A DNA stretch of 64,000 bases, from assembly GCA_036555275.1 (NCBI GenBank), contig DATBLR010000107.1, positions 24,717 through 88,716 of the forward strand. The letters run 5' to 3'. A program made the position numbers and the translations under genes. Below the pieces are notes generated by a model. The model was given only the letters and a program-made list of their open reading frames with translations, had not been told where the DNA came from and did not search any database. The stretch comes from Gemmatimonadales bacterium. Lineage in GTDB: Bacteria > Gemmatimonadota > Gemmatimonadetes > Gemmatimonadales > GWC2-71-9. Below, piece after piece: positions 34,387 through 44,501 of this stretch. Position 1 is the first letter of the stretch. Every line of letters begins with the position of its first letter.

Positions 34387-36015
34387 GTGACTACGACGAC
34401 TCCTCCCCGGAACTCGCGGCTCAGGAGCCTGACCGAGGAATATCTCGCCCTCGCGGCAAAGCTCCGGGAAGGTGGTGGGGCCAAGCGGGTGGCGAGGATG
34501 CACCAGAAAGGGCAGCTCTCCCCACGCGAGCGGGTTCACGGGCTGCTCGATCCGGGGACCCCCTGGCTCGAGATAGGCCTGCTGGTCGCGTACGACCAAT
34601 ACGACGGCCAGGCGCCCGGCGCGGGGGTGGTTACGGGGCTCGGGGTGGTCGAGGGACACGAAGTCGTGATCGTCGCCAACGATGCCACGGTCAAGGCGGG
34701 CTCCTGGTGGCCCGAGACGATCCGGAAGATCCTGCGGGCACAGGAGATCGCGATGCGCCAGCGGATCCCGATCATCTACCTGGTGGATTCGGCCGGGGTA
34801 AACCTCCCCTATCAGGGCGGCGTGTTCCCGGGACAATACGGGGCCGCCCGAATCTTCTACTACAACTCGCTGATGCGGCGCTACCTGAACGTGCCCCAGA
34901 TCAGCGCGGTCATGGGAAGCTGCATCGCCGGCGGCGCGTACCTCCCGGCGCTGTCCGATGTGATCTTCATGGTCGAAGGCACCAGCTTCATGGGCCTCGG
35001 CGGGCCCAACCTGGTCAAGGGCGCCACTGGCCAGATGGTGGACCCCGATACGCTCGGCGGCGCCGCCATGCACACCTCCGTCTCCGCCGTCGCGCACTAT
35101 CGCGCCGCGACCGATGCGGAATGCCTCAAGATGATCCGCGGCTACGTGGCCCGGTTGCCCAGCCTCCGAGCCGTCGAGCCGCCGAGCCCTCGTGTCTCCG
35201 AGCCGCCCAGCCGGCCCGCCACCGATCTCTACGACCTTCTTCCCACTGACCACCGCATGTCCTACGACATGCACGCACTGCTTGGGTGCTTTCTCGATGG
35301 CGGGAGGCTGGATGAATTCCAGCCGGACATCGCGCGGGAACTGCTCTGCGGTCACGCCTGGATCGAGGGGAGACCGGTCGCGATCCTGGCCAACGCCCGA
35401 ACGGTGATCAAGGGGAAGTCAGGGCAGATGCCGCGGATCGGCGGAATCGTCTACACGGAAAGCGCCGAGAAGGCGGCCTACTTTATCGAAACGGCGAGTC
35501 GGCAGCGGATCCCGCTGCTCTTCGTGCAGGACGTCAGCGGTTTCATGGTCGGCAGCGAGGCGGAGCAGTCAGGCATCATCCGGGCCGGTGCGCGCTTCGT
35601 CGAGGCGATGGCGACCGCAGTCGTCCCCAAACTGGTGTTGACGGTCAACCATGCGTCGGGTGCCGGGTATTACGCCATGGCAGGGCAGGGATTCGACCCC
35701 GACTTCATTCTCAGCTGGCCCACGGGCCGTATGGCTGTCATGGAAGGAGAGTCGGCCGTGGAGGCGGTCCACGGGGTGGAGTTGGCACGGTCCCGCGCGG
35801 AAAAGCGGGCGCCCGCAAAGGAAGTACAGGCCTCCGCCGCCAGCATGCGAGCCGATTACGAGCACCAGCTCGACGCGAAGTATGCGGCAGCGCGCGGCTT
35901 CGTGGACGCCATCGTGACGGTCGAGGAGACCCGCGAGGTACTTGCCTTCCTGCTGCGAACGACGTCGGGCTTCGGCGGCCCGCATATCGGACCCTTCGTG
36001 CTGCCGCCGCTATGA
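34387..36015 (+). CDS. Acyl-CoA carboxylase carboxyltransferase (beta) subunit, methylcrotonyl-/geranyl-CoA carboxylase-like
   Basis: 542 aa. Blocks LSPRERVHGLLDPGTPWLEI, IVANDATVKAGSWWP and AVMGSCIAGGAYLPA. No biotin-carboxylase partner is present in the window. Confidence 0.85.
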   Translation: MTTTTPPRNSRLRSLTEEYLALAAKLREGGGAKRVARMHQKGQLSPRERVHGLLDPGTPWLEIGLLVAYDQYDGQAPGAGVVTGLGVVEGHEVVIVANDATVKAGSWWPETIRKILRAQEIAMRQRIPIIYLVDSAGVNLPYQGGVFPGQYGAARIFYYNSLMRRYLNVPQISAVMGSCIAGGAYLPALSDVIFMVEGTSFMGLGGPNLVKGATGQMVDPDTLGGAAMHTSVSAVAHYRAATDAECLKMIRGYVARLPSLRAVEPPSPRVSEPPSRPATDLYDLLPTDHRMSYDMHALLGCFLDGGRLDEFQPDIARELLCGHAWIEGRPVAILANARTVIKGKSGQMPRIGGIVYTESAEKAAYFIETASRQRIPLLFVQDVSGFMVGSEAEQSGIIRAGARFVEAMATAVVPKLVLTVNHASGAGYYAMAGQGFDPDFILSWPTGRMAVMEGESAVEAVHGVELARSRAEKRAPAKEVQASAASMRADYEHQLDAKYAAARGFVDAIVTVEETREVLAFLLRTTSGFGGPHIGPFVLPPL

Positions 36016-36089
36016 CAGGAGCCGCGGGCTGGGCCGGGTCCCCGGAACCTGCTCGTCTGGGTGGGTGGGCGCTGCCAGGGAGTTCCAGA

Positions 36090-38909
36090 ATGCCGCGTAG
36101 ATCCGTCAGTTCACTGGAAATGACCGCGGCAGTGGCTGCAATGCTGGCTGCCTGCGCGGCCCCGAGCCGGCCTGCGGCACCGGCCCCCCAGCCAGCCCCG
36201 GCCGGGTCGTCCAACGGGAGGGCCGTGCCGGAACCGCTTCCGCTTTTGCCGCCCCGGGAGGCCTGGCTGCGCGGCTGGATGCCGCTCAAACCCACCGGGG
36301 TGGACGAGTTCCTCAAGCTTCACCCGACCTTCGACGGCCGGGGCGTGCTGATCGGAATACTCGACGGCGGTCTCGATCCCGGCGTCGCCGGCCTGCGAAC
36401 GACCACCACCGGAGAAAAGAAACTGTTGGACCTGCGGGATTTCTCCGGTGAAGGAGTCGTGGCCCTCGCACCGGCCGCGATGCAGGGCGACCAGATCTCG
36501 GTGGCGGGCCGGATCCTGGCTGGGGCCTCGCGCCTCCGGGCGCTGGCGGTCGGGAACGCCGTTTTCGGCGGCGCGGTCGCGGAGCGCCCGCTGGGTGAGA
36601 TGCCGGCGTCGGATCTGAACGGCGATCGGGACGACACGGACACTCTCGCCGTCGTGGTCGTTCGGGCCAGCGACGGGTGGGTGCTCTTCGCCGATACCGA
36701 CGGGGACGGCTCGCTCGCCAACGAGAAGCCGGTACACGACTACCTGGTAGCCCGGGAGACGTTCGCCTGGCACTCCGGCGGCCGGCAGCCGACCATTACC
36801 CTGGCCGCGAACTTCCGTGAGGAGCGGGGCACGCCAAAGCTGGACCTCTTCTTCGATACCAGTGCACATGGTTCCCACGTGGCCGGTATTGCCGCCGGGA
36901 ACAACCTGTACGGTGTCAGCGGCTTCACCGGCGTAGCGCCGGGTGCCTATCTGCTCGGATTGAAAATCGCGAACAACGCCCAGGGTGAAATCAGCACGAC
37001 CGGAAGCATGGTGGCGGCAATGGCCTACGCGATCGGCTTTGCGCGGGCCCGCCGATTGCCGCTGGTCCTGAACCTGAGCTTTGGGGTGGGGAATGAGAGC
37101 GAAGGGAGCGCCCGGATTGACGCCGTGGTGGATTCGGTCCTGGCGGCCAATCCGGACGTGGTCTTCGCCATCAGCGCCGGGAATGACGGCCCCGGGCTGA
37201 CCACCATGCAGTATCCCGGGTCCGCCACCAGGGCCGTCACGGTGGGGGCGACTTTTCCTTCGGTGTTTCTGGGCGCCGCCGGGAAGGGAGGCGACCCCAT
37301 CGCCTACTTCAGCTCACGCGGCGGGGAGCTCGCCAAGCCGGACATCGTGGCTCCCGGCCTTGCCTACTCGACGGTGCCGCGCTGGAACACCGGGGACGAG
37401 CGCAAGGGCGGGACCAGCATGGCCGCTCCCCACGCGGCGGGGCTTGCCGCGCTGCTGGTCTCCGGGCTGATCCAGGAAAAACGCCGTATCGAAGCTCGGT
37501 TGATCCGGCAAGCTCTCATGGTGACGGCGCGCCCCCTCGCGACGGTCAACTACCTCGACGACGGGACCGGTCAGCCCAACGTGGCCGCAGCCTGGCGATG
37601 GTTGGCGGCGGCCAGGCCGGTCCCCGAAATCGCCGTCCGGGCGGTACACAATGGAGTCACTGCGGCCTTCCAGGAGCGGGAACTCGGCGTGCCGGTGGAC
37701 ACTCAGCAGGTCTTCGAAGTCGGTCTCGCCCCTGACGCGGCCGAGACCGAGGTCGCGGTGCGCTCGAACCGGCTCTGGCTGCGCGCCCCAGCGCGTCTGC
37801 GGCTTCGGAGTGGGGCGAACCGGGTCAACCTCACCTATCAGGCCTCGGCCCTCTCCCGGCCCGGTGTATACACAGGCGTGGTGACCGGCTGGATCAGCGA
37901 CACCCTGGCGGGGCCAGTGTTCCGACTGGTGAACACCGTTGTCGTCGCGGACACAGGGAACCCGATCATCGCCAGAGTCAGCGCCATCCCGGCGGGCGGC
38001 GAAGGGCGGGTCTTTTTTGCGGCCACGACCGGACGGCCCTTCGCGGTGTCCTTCGCAACCCAGGCGGCCGGAGAGCAGGTCCTGGCATACCTCCACGAGC
38101 CAGGGGGACAGCCCTACCGTGAGGAGAACGGCATTGGCGCGGGCCATGACGACCAGGCCGGGGTCTACGTCGTTGATGCCCGCGACGTCGTCTCCGGGCT
38201 GTATGAGGCGGTGGCCGTCGCGCCCCCACTGAATGGAGCGTCCGCCACGATTTCAGTGCAACAGAGTCCCCTGACGATCGGCGTGGACCATACCCCTGAC
38301 GGGCTGGCGGTGCGGCTCGGGAATATGAGCACTGCAACAGTCACCAGCCAGCCGTTCGTGGTGCTGGTCGGCGCGGCACGTGAGGAGCGCCTTGCCGCCC
38401 AGGGTTCCGACCGGCGGCACATCCGATTCCGGCTTCCCGATTGGGCCGTCCACGCGACGGTCGATGTGGAGATGGATCGGGCCCAGTGGCCGACATTCAC
38501 GGATTTCGGCGTGACCATGCTGGCTGGGGATGGACGGAAGCTGGGAAAGGCGCCGCTCAACTACGCGTTCGGTCGGCTCCACGTGGATCTCCCCCGGGGC
38601 GCAGCGGCGCCGGCGGAAGCGGAGGTCGTGCTCTCTCCCGGCTTCGCCGACCCGCAGCGCGATCAGCGCTGGGCCGCCACAGTCTCGATCCGGCTCTATG
38701 CCGACTCGGCCCACGTCAACCGGCTCGCCGGCCAGTCGGTCAGCGTGGCTCCCGGGGCGACCGGCGCCGTGGTCTTTCCACTCACGGCGTCGGCACTGCA
38801 ACTGGGGGAGGCCTTTGCCCCCCTGGGGATCGTGGTGGTGCCGGAGGGAGAGCGGACCTGGACCCGCGAGGCCACGCTGCAGCCGGCCGACATGACGCGC
38901 CGTCGATGA
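36090..38909 (+). CDS. S8 subtilase lipoprotein with tripeptidyl-peptidase-II-like architecture
   Basis: ORF 36012..38909 trimmed to ATG 36090 (lipobox LAAC). Asp ILDGGLDPG, about 175-aa insert, His [13 protein letters not shown], Asn AISAGNDGP, Ser [12 protein letters not shown]. Long C-terminal beta-rich extension. Confidence 0.8.
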   Translation: MPRRSVSSLEMTAAVAAMLAACAAPSRPAAPAPQPAPAGSSNGRAVPEPLPLLPPREAWLRGWMPLKPTGVDEFLKLHPTFDGRGVLIGILDGGLDPGVAGLRTTTTGEKKLLDLRDFSGEGVVALAPAAMQGDQISVAGRILAGASRLRALAVGNAVFGGAVAERPLGEMPASDLNGDRDDTDTLAVVVVRASDGWVLFADTDGDGSLANEKPVHDYLVARETFAWHSGGRQPTITLAANFREERGTPKLDLFFDTSAHGSHVAGIAAGNNLYGVSGFTGVAPGAYLLGLKIANNAQGEISTTGSMVAAMAYAIGFARARRLPLVLNLSFGVGNESEGSARIDAVVDSVLAANPDVVFAISAGNDGPGLTTMQYPGSATRAVTVGATFPSVFLGAAGKGGDPIAYFSSRGGELAKPDIVAPGLAYSTVPRWNTGDERKGGTSMAAPHAAGLAALLVSGLIQEKRRIEARLIRQALMVTARPLATVNYLDDGTGQPNVAAAWRWLAAARPVPEIAVRAVHNGVTAAFQERELGVPVDTQQVFEVGLAPDAAETEVAVRSNRLWLRAPARLRLRSGANRVNLTYQASALSRPGVYTGVVTGWISDTLAGPVFRLVNTVVVADTGNPIIARVSAIPAGGEGRVFFAATTGRPFAVSFATQAAGEQVLAYLHEPGGQPYREENGIGAGHDDQAGVYVVDARDVVSGLYEAVAVAPPLNGASATISVQQSPLTIGVDHTPDGLAVRLGNMSTATVTSQPFVVLVGAAREERLAAQGSDRRHIRFRLPDWAVHATVDVEMDRAQWPTFTDFGVTMLAGDGRKLGKAPLNYAFGRLHVDLPRGAAAPAEAEVVLSPGFADPQRDQRWAATVSIRLYADSAHVNRLAGQSVSVAPGATGAVVFPLTASALQLGEAFAPLGIVVVPEGERTWTREATLQPADMTRRR

Positions 38910-40282
38910 GCGGCCGCATCGTCCGGGTCGCGGCTGGCCAGGGCTTCTGGGGTGACTGGCTCGAGGCGCCGGTCCGTCAGGTACGGGGCGGGCCGATCGA
39001 CTATCTGATGATGGACTATCTCGCGGAAGTGACCATGTCCATCATGCAGAAACAGAAGTCGCGTGATCCACGCCTCGGCTATGCCCGCGACTTCGTCCCC
39101 TTGATGGAGCGGATTCTGCCGGACCTCGCGGCCCTCGGGGTCAGGGTCACCAGCAACGCCGGCGGCGTGAACCCCCGGTCGTGCGCCGAAGCCGTCCGGG
39201 ACGCCGCGCGCAAGCTCGGGCTGAGCGATCGGGTGCGCATAGCCCTGGTCACCGGGGATGACATCCTGCCGCGCCTCGATGCCCTCCTGCAGTCCGGTCA
39301 CCAGCTGAAGGACCTCGACACCGGCCGGCCGCTCAGCGACATCCGCGATGCAGTGCTCTCCGCGAACGCCTATCTGGGGATGGCCCCGATCGTTGAGGCG
39401 CTGCGCCGTGGCGCGCACGTCGTGGTCACTGGACGGGTGACCGACACGGGGCTTACTCTGGGACCTTTGTTCCACGAGTTCGGGTGGGCCACCGACGATT
39501 GGGACAAGGTTGCCGCCGGCACCGTCGCCGGACACATCATCGAATGTGGCGCTCAGTCCTCCGGCGGCAATCTGCTGAAGGATTGGCGGTCGGTGAAGGG
39601 GCTGGAGAACCCCGGCTTTCCCATCGTCGAGGCAACGGCTGATGGCAGCTTCGTGGTCACCAAGCACCCGGGGACGGGGGGAACCGTCAGCGTCGCGAGC
39701 GTCACTGAACAGCTGGTGTACGAAATGGGCGACCCACACTCCTATATCACTCCCGACGGCATTGCCGACTTCACCACGATCCAGCTGCGCCAGGTGGGCA
39801 GGGACCGGGTCAGGGTGAGCGGAATCCGGGGACGCCCCCGCACTGACCAGCTCAAGGTTTCGATCGCGTATTTCTACGGGTACAAGGCCATCGGAACGCT
39901 GGTATACAGCTGGCCCGAAGCCTACGACAAGGCCAGGGCGGCCGACCGGATCCTCCGGGCCCGGTTGCAGGACCTGGGCCTCGCATTCGAGCAGATCCTG
40001 ACCGAGTTTGTGGGTGTTGACGCCACCCACGGCCCCCTCGCTGGACCGCCGCATCCCGACATCCCGGAGGTGCAGCTTCGGGTCGGTGTGCGGTCGAAGG
40101 ACAAGGCGGCGGTGGAGCGGTTCACCCGGGAGATCGCGCCGCTGGTGCTGACTGGCCCGCCGAGCGTCACCGGTTTTGCCGGGGGCCGCCCGGAGGTGCA
40201 GGAGGTCATCGCGTACTGGCCCGCGCTGATCGATCGGACGGCCGTCGAGCCGTTCGTCAAGGTGGAGGTCCTCGACCCATGA
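38906..40282 (+). CDS. AtuA-family protein (DUF1446, acyclic-terpene-utilisation protein A-like)
   Basis: ORF 38441..40282 trimmed to ATG 38906 (ATGA overlap with the S8 gene). Blocks [11 protein letters not shown]...[17 protein letters not shown] and [14 protein letters not shown]. Confidence 0.75.
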   Translation: MSGRIVRVAAGQGFWGDWLEAPVRQVRGGPIDYLMMDYLAEVTMSIMQKQKSRDPRLGYARDFVPLMERILPDLAALGVRVTSNAGGVNPRSCAEAVRDAARKLGLSDRVRIALVTGDDILPRLDALLQSGHQLKDLDTGRPLSDIRDAVLSANAYLGMAPIVEALRRGAHVVVTGRVTDTGLTLGPLFHEFGWATDDWDKVAAGTVAGHIIECGAQSSGGNLLKDWRSVKGLENPGFPIVEATADGSFVVTKHPGTGGTVSVASVTEQLVYEMGDPHSYITPDGIADFTTIQLRQVGRDRVRVSGIRGRPRTDQLKVSIAYFYGYKAIGTLVYSWPEAYDKARAADRILRARLQDLGLAFEQILTEFVGVDATHGPLAGPPHPDIPEVQLRVGVRSKDKAAVERFTREIAPLVLTGPPSVTGFAGGRPEVQEVIAYWPALIDRTAVEPFVKVEVLDP

Positions 40283-40337
40283 GGCGTCACCGACGGCCTC
40301 AGCGTCCCTGGTCGGGGCCTGCCGTAGCCCAGCATGA

Positions 40338-40401
40338 GGCCCGGTGGGTGGGGCGAGCGGGCGCTGCGCTATGGCACGCCCCGAGCCCCACCCATCGGGC
40401 C
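40338..40401 (+). other. 17-bp stem / 30-nt loop hairpin in the AtuA | partner intercistronic gap
   Basis: ggcccggtgggtggggc (40338-40354) pairs with gccccacccatcgggcc (40385-40401), with one G-A mismatch. Confidence 0.5.
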
Positions 40402-40439
40402 GCTGCCGACCCACGAGACAACAACGGGACAGCAACCGA

Positions 40440-40811
40440 ATGAAAGCAGCTGCGCGCCGCTCGCCGACTCGGTTCATCCAGCTCCGTTACCTCGCTCACG
40501 CCCGCTCCGGCGATAAGGGCGACACCGCCAACGTGGGGCTCATCGCCCTCGAGCCGGCCTACTATCCCCTCCTCGTGAAGCAGGTCACCCGCGCCCGGGT
40601 GAAGCGCCACTTCCGCGGCATGGTGAGAGACGTAGACCGCTTTGAGCTGCCGAATCTCAACGCGCTGAACTTTCTGCTGCACGGCGCCCTCGACGGCGGC
40701 GGCACCATCTCCCTGAAGACCGATGCCCAGGGGAAGGTCTACTCTACGGCCCTGCTGCGCATGGAGGTCCCCGTACCCGCGGCGCTGGCGCGCAAGGTCC
40801 GGGCACGATGA
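40440..40811 (+). CDS. Small AtuA-partner protein (DUF4387-like)
   Basis: ORF 40344..40811 trimmed to ATG 40440. LAHARSGDKGDTANVGLIA ... LNFLLHGALDGGG pattern. Paired with AtuA-family genes by recollection. Confidence 0.6.
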   Translation: MKAAARRSPTRFIQLRYLAHARSGDKGDTANVGLIALEPAYYPLLVKQVTRARVKRHFRGMVRDVDRFELPNLNALNFLLHGALDGGGTISLKTDAQGKVYSTALLRMEVPVPAALARKVRAR

Positions 40812-41560
40812 CCGTCCGGACAGACCTTGCCGAGGGGATTCTGACCGTGACCCTCGACCGCCCGGAGAAGCGGAACGCCCTCGACTCGGGAACCGTCGAG
40901 GCGCTTCACCACGCGCTGGAGCGTGCGGAGCTGGATCCCGAGGTCCGGGTGATCGCCCTTCGCGGGGCAGGGAAGGACTTCTGCGCCGGCGCCGATCTCG
41001 AAGAATTGCTCACATCCGCGGGCTTGCCACCCGAGGAAAACGAGCGGTCTGCGCTCCGGCTTGGGAAGTTGTTCCTGCGGATCCGTGACCTTCCCAAACC
41101 GGTCCTGGCCGCCGTGCAGGGGCGGGCCCTTGCGGGAGGAGCAGGCCTGGCCACCGCCTGCGATCTTCTGGTCGCGCAGGAGAGCGCACAGCTGGGCTAT
41201 CCCGAGATTCAGCGAGGGTTCGTCCCTGCGATGGTGATGACCGTCCTGCGGCGTCAGCTCGGGGAGCGGCGCGCATTTGACCTGGCGGCTACAGGTCGGC
41301 TCCTTTCGGCGCACGAGGCTTGTGAGGCGGGCCTGGTGTCGCGGGTAGTGCCCGATCGCGAATTCGAGGCAACCGTCGCCGGTCTCCTCGCTCAGCTCTC
41401 GGCCAGCAGTGGCTCGGCCCTGGCGCTGATCAAGCGTCTCCTCTACCAGCTCGACGGCTGTTCCTTCGCCGACGGCATCGCCCTCGGCGCGAAGGTCAAC
41501 GCGCTCGCACGCATTCACCCGGATTTCCAGACGGCCGTCGCCGCGTTCCTGCGGGCATGA
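40808..41560 (+). CDS. Enoyl-CoA hydratase/isomerase (crotonase fold)
   Basis: 250 aa. Blocks LDRPEKRNAL, GAGKDFCAGADL and AAVQGRALAGGAGLA. ATGA overlap with the preceding gene. Confidence 0.88.
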   Translation: MTVRTDLAEGILTVTLDRPEKRNALDSGTVEALHHALERAELDPEVRVIALRGAGKDFCAGADLEELLTSAGLPPEENERSALRLGKLFLRIRDLPKPVLAAVQGRALAGGAGLATACDLLVAQESAQLGYPEIQRGFVPAMVMTVLRRQLGERRAFDLAATGRLLSAHEACEAGLVSRVVPDREFEATVAGLLAQLSASSGSALALIKRLLYQLDGCSFADGIALGAKVNALARIHPDFQTAVAAFLRA

Positions 41561-41733
41561 GACGACTGAAGCTCTTTCTGGCGGTTCTCGGTTTTACTCT
41601 GGCGCTGGCCGGAATTGCGCTCGACCAGCGGCCGGTGGTCTGGGCCGCGATAATCGTCCTCGCCGCGGCCCTGGCGCTCCGCCTCTGGGAGCGACGACGC
41701 AGCACGGGCGCCAGCCCGCGGGACTCCGCGTAG
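41557..41733 (+). CDS. 58-aa two-TM micro-protein, below the ORF-track length cut-off
   Basis: My translation: MRRLKLFLAVLGFTLALAGIALDQRPVVWAAIIVLAAALALRLWERRRSTGASPRDSA. ATGA overlap with the hydratase stop. Confidence 0.4.
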   Translation: MRRLKLFLAVLGFTLALAGIALDQRPVVWAAIIVLAAALALRLWERRRSTGASPRDSA

Positions 41734-41796
41734 ATCCGAACCGCTCCCGGTCATTCCGCACCGGGGTTCCGATGATCAGGTCGCTAGAGTCGGTGC

Positions 41797-43197
41797 ATGC
41801 CTCCCCTCGCCGACCGAATTGCCGAAGCTCGTCGCCTGCTCCACGGCTATTACGGGTTCCGCGACTTCCGTCCTCTCCAGCGGCGCGTCGTCCAATCGGT
41901 TCTGGCCGGACGAGACACCCTCGCGATTCTGCCGACCGGAGGTGGAAAGTCGATCTGCTTCCAAGTGCCCGCCCTGGTGCAGGGAGGGCTGACTATCGTC
42001 GTCTCTCCGCTGCTCGCCCTCATGCAGGACCAGGTGGCGGCGCTGTCCCGTCGGGGGGTGGCGGCCGAGACCCTCAATTCCCTGACAGCCGGCCCGGACC
42101 AGGAGCGAATCCACGCCCAGATCGCAGCAGGGCAACTGCGGCTGCTATACGTCTCGCCGGAACGGGCCCCCAGGCTGGGCCTGGATCTGGTGCGTCTCGG
42201 GGCCAAGCCGGGGCTGCTGGCGATCGATGAGGCTCACTGCATCAGCGAATGGGGCCACGATTTCCGGCCTGCCTATCGGGACCTGGCATTGTTTCGCACC
42301 GAGCTGGGGCACCCTCCCACCATCGCGCTGACTGGCAGCGCCACGCTCCCGGTGCGCGAGGACATCGTGCAATCACTGGCGCTCCGGCGCCCCGACGTGC
42401 ACGTGGGCTCCTTCGATCGACCTAACCTGGCCTTCGCGGTCCATGCCCTGCGCGGACCGTCGGCCCGGCTTCCCCGGGTGCGACACCTGCTCGCGTCTCG
42501 GCCTGGATTGTCCATCGTCTACGTGCCTACGAGGAATAGCGCCGATGCACTGGCACAGGCCCTCTGGTTTGCGGGACATCGCTCCGCTCCCTATCATGCC
42601 GGGCTCACCCGTGAGCGCCGCGCCGAGGTATTGCGCCGCTTCCTGGCCGAGGATCTCGATGTAGTCGTGGCGACCTCAGCCTTCGGGATGGGCATCGACG
42701 CCCCCCGGGTGCGGCTGGTGGTGCATTGGGGTATGCCGGCGACCCCGGAGGCGTACTACCAGGAGGCGGGACGCGCCGGCAGGGACGGCCAGTCGGCGCG
42801 GTGCGAGCTGCTGTACCATCCCTCGGATGCCGGTATTCACCGGCGTCAACTGGACGCGACCTTCCCGCCGCGCCGGGTGGTTGAGCAATTGTGGAGTAAT
42901 CCCGATCTCCGCCGTCGTCACCCGGACAGCGTCGTCGCGTCCGCGGAGCGGCTGCGCGCCGAGCTCGGGCCGACTCCCGGTCCACGGGATTGGCAACGGG
43001 TGCTCAAACGGAAGGGCGCGGCACTCAGGCGACTGCGAGTCATGGAACGGTACGCTTCGCTTCGCCGGTGTCGCCGTCAGGCATTGCTGGGGTACTTCGG
43101 TGAGACCCGCGTGACGTGCGCCGACTGCGACGTGTGTCTGACAAAGCGCCGGATGCTTCACCGCGTCACCAGTGCGCTCAAGCGCTCGGTGACCTGA
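41797..43197 (+). CDS. recQ: RecQ-family ATP-dependent DNA helicase, short form without HRDC
   Basis: 466 aa. Blocks LPTGGGKSICFQ, DEAHCISEWGHDFRPAY and a C-terminal Cys cluster CRRQ...CADCDVC. Confidence 0.85.
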   Translation: MPPLADRIAEARRLLHGYYGFRDFRPLQRRVVQSVLAGRDTLAILPTGGGKSICFQVPALVQGGLTIVVSPLLALMQDQVAALSRRGVAAETLNSLTAGPDQERIHAQIAAGQLRLLYVSPERAPRLGLDLVRLGAKPGLLAIDEAHCISEWGHDFRPAYRDLALFRTELGHPPTIALTGSATLPVREDIVQSLALRRPDVHVGSFDRPNLAFAVHALRGPSARLPRVRHLLASRPGLSIVYVPTRNSADALAQALWFAGHRSAPYHAGLTRERRAEVLRRFLAEDLDVVVATSAFGMGIDAPRVRLVVHWGMPATPEAYYQEAGRAGRDGQSARCELLYHPSDAGIHRRQLDATFPPRRVVEQLWSNPDLRRRHPDSVVASAERLRAELGPTPGPRDWQRVLKRKGAALRRLRVMERYASLRRCRRQALLGYFGETRVTCADCDVCLTKRRMLHRVTSALKRSVT

Positions 43198-43213
43198 TCG
43201 GTCGATTTCCAGG

Positions 43214-44392
43214 CTACTGCAGTGCGACCCGATAGATCCGCCCGGAAGCCATCACAACATACACTTCGCCGCCCGCATCCTCTCCGAAGCTGACCACGTT
43301 GTCGTTCACCAGCGGGGCCGCGACCGGCGTATAGGCGAGGTTGAGGTTGCTCCCGACCATCCGGACCGCTCGCACCCAGCCGCCGCAATAATCGCCGTAC
43401 AGGTATGTCCCGCGAAGGGCGGGGAAGCGTTGCCCACGATACACGTTGCCACCCGTCACGGAGCAGGACGGGCTGTGCTGGTACTCGATGACCGGGAGCA
43501 CCAGCCCCGCGGTCGGGCAGCCGTTCGCCGGGATGAAGCAGTGCGTCCCTTCCATGACGGGCCACCCGAAGTTGTTGCCGCCGATGGGAGGCGCCGGCAG
43601 GTAGTTCACTTCCTCCCACAGATCCTCCCCGACGTCGCTCAGCCACAGGTCGCCAGTCACTCGGTCGAAGCTCCAGCGCCACGGGTTGCGAAGCCCGAGC
43701 TGCCAGATCTCCCCCAGCCAGCCGGAGCGAGTGACGTAGGGATTGTCGGGCGGGATCGTGTAGGGCGAGGCGCCGTCGACGTCGATGCGGAGCATCTTGC
43801 CCAGCAGCACGGTACTGTCCTGGGCGGCCTGGGTCGGAGAGTTGGTCGGGCTGCCGTCTCCAAGACCGAGGTAGAGCATCCCATCTCGGCCAAAGCCGAT
43901 GGTTCCGCCGTAGTAGACGGTGTTGGGGTCCTGGGACTGGCTCAGAATAGTTTGACGACTGGTCGGGTCGGCGAAGTCGAAGCTCGGATCCGCAAGATAC
44001 TCGGCGAGCTGACTGTCGCCGTTCAGGTCGGCATAGTACACGAACAGTCGCCGGTTGCTCGAATACTGCGGGTGGAAAGCCAGGCTGTAGACCCCGTACT
44101 CGCCGGTGGCGGGATTGGTCAACGCCGTGAGGTTGAGAAAGGCGGAGTCTTGGAGGACGCCGTTCCGCCGCAGCCGGATCCGGCCGCCTCGCTCAACGAT
44201 GAACAACCGGGATTGATCGGCTGGCGGAGCGGTGACGAATACCGGGAAGTCGTAACCGCTGTCGATCGGGACCAGCGCGAGGGCGTTCCCGGGACCCGGG
44301 CCGCTCGAGTCCCCACACGCGGCCACGACGCTCGCGACCACCAGCGCCCCCAACCGTCGAGCCACCATCGATTCTGCCGCGTCCATGCGCAT
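43214..44392 (-). CDS. PQQ-dependent sugar (glucose/sorbosone) dehydrogenase-like beta-propeller lipoprotein
   Basis: Lipobox VAAC. LAFHP, GGTIGFGRDGMLYLGLGDG and WQLGLRNPWRWSFD blocks. Start chosen at ATG 44392 (AGGTGA RBS); ATG 44419 and 44368 are alternatives. Confidence 0.75.
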   Translation of the reverse strand: MRMDAAESMVARRLGALVVASVVAACGDSSGPGPGNALALVPIDSGYDFPVFVTAPPADQSRLFIVERGGRIRLRRNGVLQDSAFLNLTALTNPATGEYGVYSLAFHPQYSSNRRLFVYYADLNGDSQLAEYLADPSFDFADPTSRQTILSQSQDPNTVYYGGTIGFGRDGMLYLGLGDGSPTNSPTQAAQDSTVLLGKMLRIDVDGASPYTIPPDNPYVTRSGWLGEIWQLGLRNPWRWSFDRVTGDLWLSDVGEDLWEEVNYLPAPPIGGNNFGWPVMEGTHCFIPANGCPTAGLVLPVIEYQHSPSCSVTGGNVYRGQRFPALRGTYLYGDYCGGWVRAVRMVGSNLNLAYTPVAAPLVNDNVVSFGEDAGGEVYVVMASGRIYRVALQ

Positions 44393-44501
44393 GCGCTCAC
44401 CTGTTGTCGTTGGTTGCATAAAGATAAGAGCCAGTCAGTTCTGGAGAACCTGGGCTATATTTTCGGGCAGCCCTCGCCGACCTTTCGCACGAGCCTCCGC
44501 C

